Shown here: in pieces, positions 58,152 to 64,000 of the stretch | How positions within the stretch are numbered: the stretch's first letter is position 1 | Layout: each line of letters begins with the position of its first letter | Assembly (NCBI GenBank): GCA_964016885.1 | Contig: OZ024749.1 | Location: forward strand, 25,358,001 to 25,422,000 | Length of the DNA stretch: 64,000 nucleotides | Direction: 5' to 3' | Source: Eledone cirrhosa | Taxonomy: Eukaryota | The notes under the pieces: model-generated | Told to the model about the DNA's origin: nothing | The model's input: the letters and a program-made list of their open reading frames with translations, nothing else | Database searches by the model: none | Made by a program: the position numbers and the translations under genes

Positions 58152-58833
58152 TAAGGTATGTTGGTTCACCACTGTATAGAATTGGTCATTCCGTATGGTC
58201 AATCCTGGTGTAATGTTGTGAAGAGTACTCAACGCAGTGCAGTTCACCCATCTTCGTTTGTGTAGTTGGTGGTGCAAATACGGAGTTAATTATAAATGAA
58301 ATAACAGGAGGCTGGACTGGTGTAAATCCTTGAAAGGTTTATTATACTATGATTATTTCAATGACCTGGTTCCATATGAATCCGGTGATATCATCAGGTA
58401 TTGGAATATAACAAAGGAATATGTAAAAAGCCATGGGTCCGAAAAACCATGAGTCCGTGAAACCTGAGACAAGGGGGGGGGGCGGCTGACCAACTAGCTT
58501 CACAGCCAGCGCATAGGTCCGAGAAACCAGAGACAGAGAGGGCGGCTGAACAACTAGCTTCACAGCCAGCGCATAGGTCCGAGAAACCAGAGACAGAGAG
58601 GGCGGCTGACCAACTAGCTTCACAGCCAGGGTGGCTGGCAGTGAAGCTAGTTGGTCAGCCGCCCTCTCTGTCTCTGGTTTCTCGGACCCATGGGTTTTTA
58701 CATATTCCTTTGTTATATTCCAATACCTGATGATATCACCCCATTCATATGGAACCCGGTCATTGAAATGATCATAGTATAATAAACCTTTCAAAGATTT
58801 ACACCAGTCCAGCCTCCTGTTATTTCATTTATA
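58150..58833. mobile_element. Fold-back element with hammerheads in both arms, a 60-bp x3 tandem spacer and a left tail
   Basis: Arms at 58291-58510 and 58640-58833; tandem units at 58455-58630. Confidence 0.85.
58723..58780 (+). ncRNA. Minimal type I hammerhead ribozyme (inverted copy at 58344-58401)
   Basis: ATAC CTGATGA tatcACC...GGTcatt GAAA TGATCA TA GTAT, with palindromic TGATCA in stem III. Confidence 0.8.
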
Positions 58834-59532
58834 TATATATATATATAATATTATGGATACTATTTATGGTTATGTATATATTAAAACTTTTTATAGTTAT
58901 GTATATTTTAAACCCTAAACAGTGAAGGTCAGTAATTTATTACTACCTTAATAGATAAATAGCTCAATGCAATAACATCAGTTGTTCTACAGAGCAGTTA
59001 TATAGAATTCACAAGAATCAAAGCTATGTTCAAAGCATTTATTCACTTACAACATAGCTTTGATTCTTGTGAATTCTCTCTATATATATATATATCAATG
59101 AAAAAAGCGTCAGTTGATTTGTAATCAACTGATTCTTATATATAACGGATGCCAAGCGCTCAACGGTATAACTTTATCTGGAATATTATAACAATATAAT
59201 AATAATTTTCTTCTGGAAAAAATGTGCTCTGTACGGACCTGGTGAGACGATGGACTCCGCCAAGTTTTATGAAGAATGTGACAAGTGTACTACAGTGATT
59301 ACGTCAGAATACATTGTGCAAGATATATATTTTCTTATTTATTTTCATTTATTTCCTTAAATATCAGTTGCTTGTGGTTTAATAGAAACTTAAAATAAAT
59401 TTGTTATCGTAGTTCAGACTTTCGCTTCCAGCTATTTTATAACGACAAAGACAAAAACATACACTCTCAAACACAAGCACACACACACCACGCACATACG
59501 CATACACACACACACATACACACACATACAAG

Positions 59533-59604
<72 letters not shown>

Positions 59605-59865
59605 TTTCTACGTATATTATGTTCCGGACATTACATAGAACGCTCTTTTCGCTTGATCTATTCTTTGGGAACACTATATATATATATACATATATATATA
59701 CATATATATACATACTCACACACACATATATATATTATAATACTCCTTTTTAAAGCCCTCTTTCTTTTTCATTTTTCAATAATGTCACTTTCATGAACAA
59801 AGAAAGGAAAAGAAAGAAAAACAGACCCTAAAATATATTTTCCGTGCTATTTCCAACATCACCTA

Positions 59866-63467
<3,602 letters not shown>

Positions 63468-63667
63468 TATATATATATATATATATGTATAGTAATAATA
63501 ACATTGAAGACTAAAATCCAAAGAGGGCTCGATAAGGAAAATATATATCAAATACGGTTCTTATATATTTGATATATACTTTCCTTATCGAGCCCTCTTT
63601 GGATTTTAGTCTTCAATTTTATTATTATTACTATATATATATATATATATATATATGTATAGTAATA

Positions 63668-64000
63668 ATAAAATTGAAGACTAAAATCCAAAGAGGGCTC
63701 GATAAGGAAAATATATATCAAATATATAAGAACCGTAGATACATACCTTCACAAAACATACAGGTAATTTATAGTTACCTATGCAAATAATTAAAAGAAT
63801 AAACAAAACATATACTTAGCTCCCACATCAAGACGTAAAATATCCACGTATAGATCGTGCTATCCGTTAGGGTATAACGTGGGGCTGTAATACAGGAAAG
63901 TTTTGTGCAATTTATGTTTACAAGCCGAAATTGCCTCAGATTTTTTGTTTAAGATGTGGTCTGTGGCGTAGAGTATTTCCAGGGCCTCAGCGGCGCAGAG
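63668..64000 (-). mobile_element. Second Naiad-like copy, tail-to-tail with the first, lacking most of the pLTR; runs off the window end
   Basis: 63740-64000 is the reverse complement of about 62237-62498, joined directly to the reverse complement of the tail (about 63385-63467). Confidence 0.85.

Noticed and set aside
58455-58630. 60-bp x3 repeats (and the 13-bp repeats at 30630) as CRISPR-like arrays
   Set aside because: They are contiguous tandem repeats without unique spacers, in a eukaryotic context with no cas genes.

Overview
AT-rich, microsatellite-saturated animal DNA, most likely from an octopod cephalopod (inferred from Nin-domain tRNA-SINEs and the repeat landscape). No host protein-coding gene is recognisable, and almost all short ORFs in the track are (TA)n/(CA)n translation artefacts. 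The window contains: (i) Penelope-like elements (PLEs; RT + GIY-YIG) of at least three types, all inserted in (TA)n and mostly as two divergent arms; (ii) two tandem L1/Tx1-type LINEs embedded in (GATA)n; (iii) Nin-type SINEs and an RTE-type 3' end; and (iv) about 20 short non-coding fold-back or terminally redundant (520-1000 bp) elements between (TA)n tracts. Many of the PLE and short elements carry type I hammerhead ribozyme motifs. The most striking cross-family pattern is a covarying hairpin with a 2-3 nt 3'-side bulge (e.g. TACTC-stem-YY-GAGTR, GCTC/GAGC, GTTC/GAAC). It occurs in about ten otherwise unalignable families and sits a few nt beyond the point where tail-less copies end, which suggests a shared RNA signal for PLE reverse-transcription initiation that retrozyme-like parasites also use. 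All structures were folded by eye and are unverified computationally.
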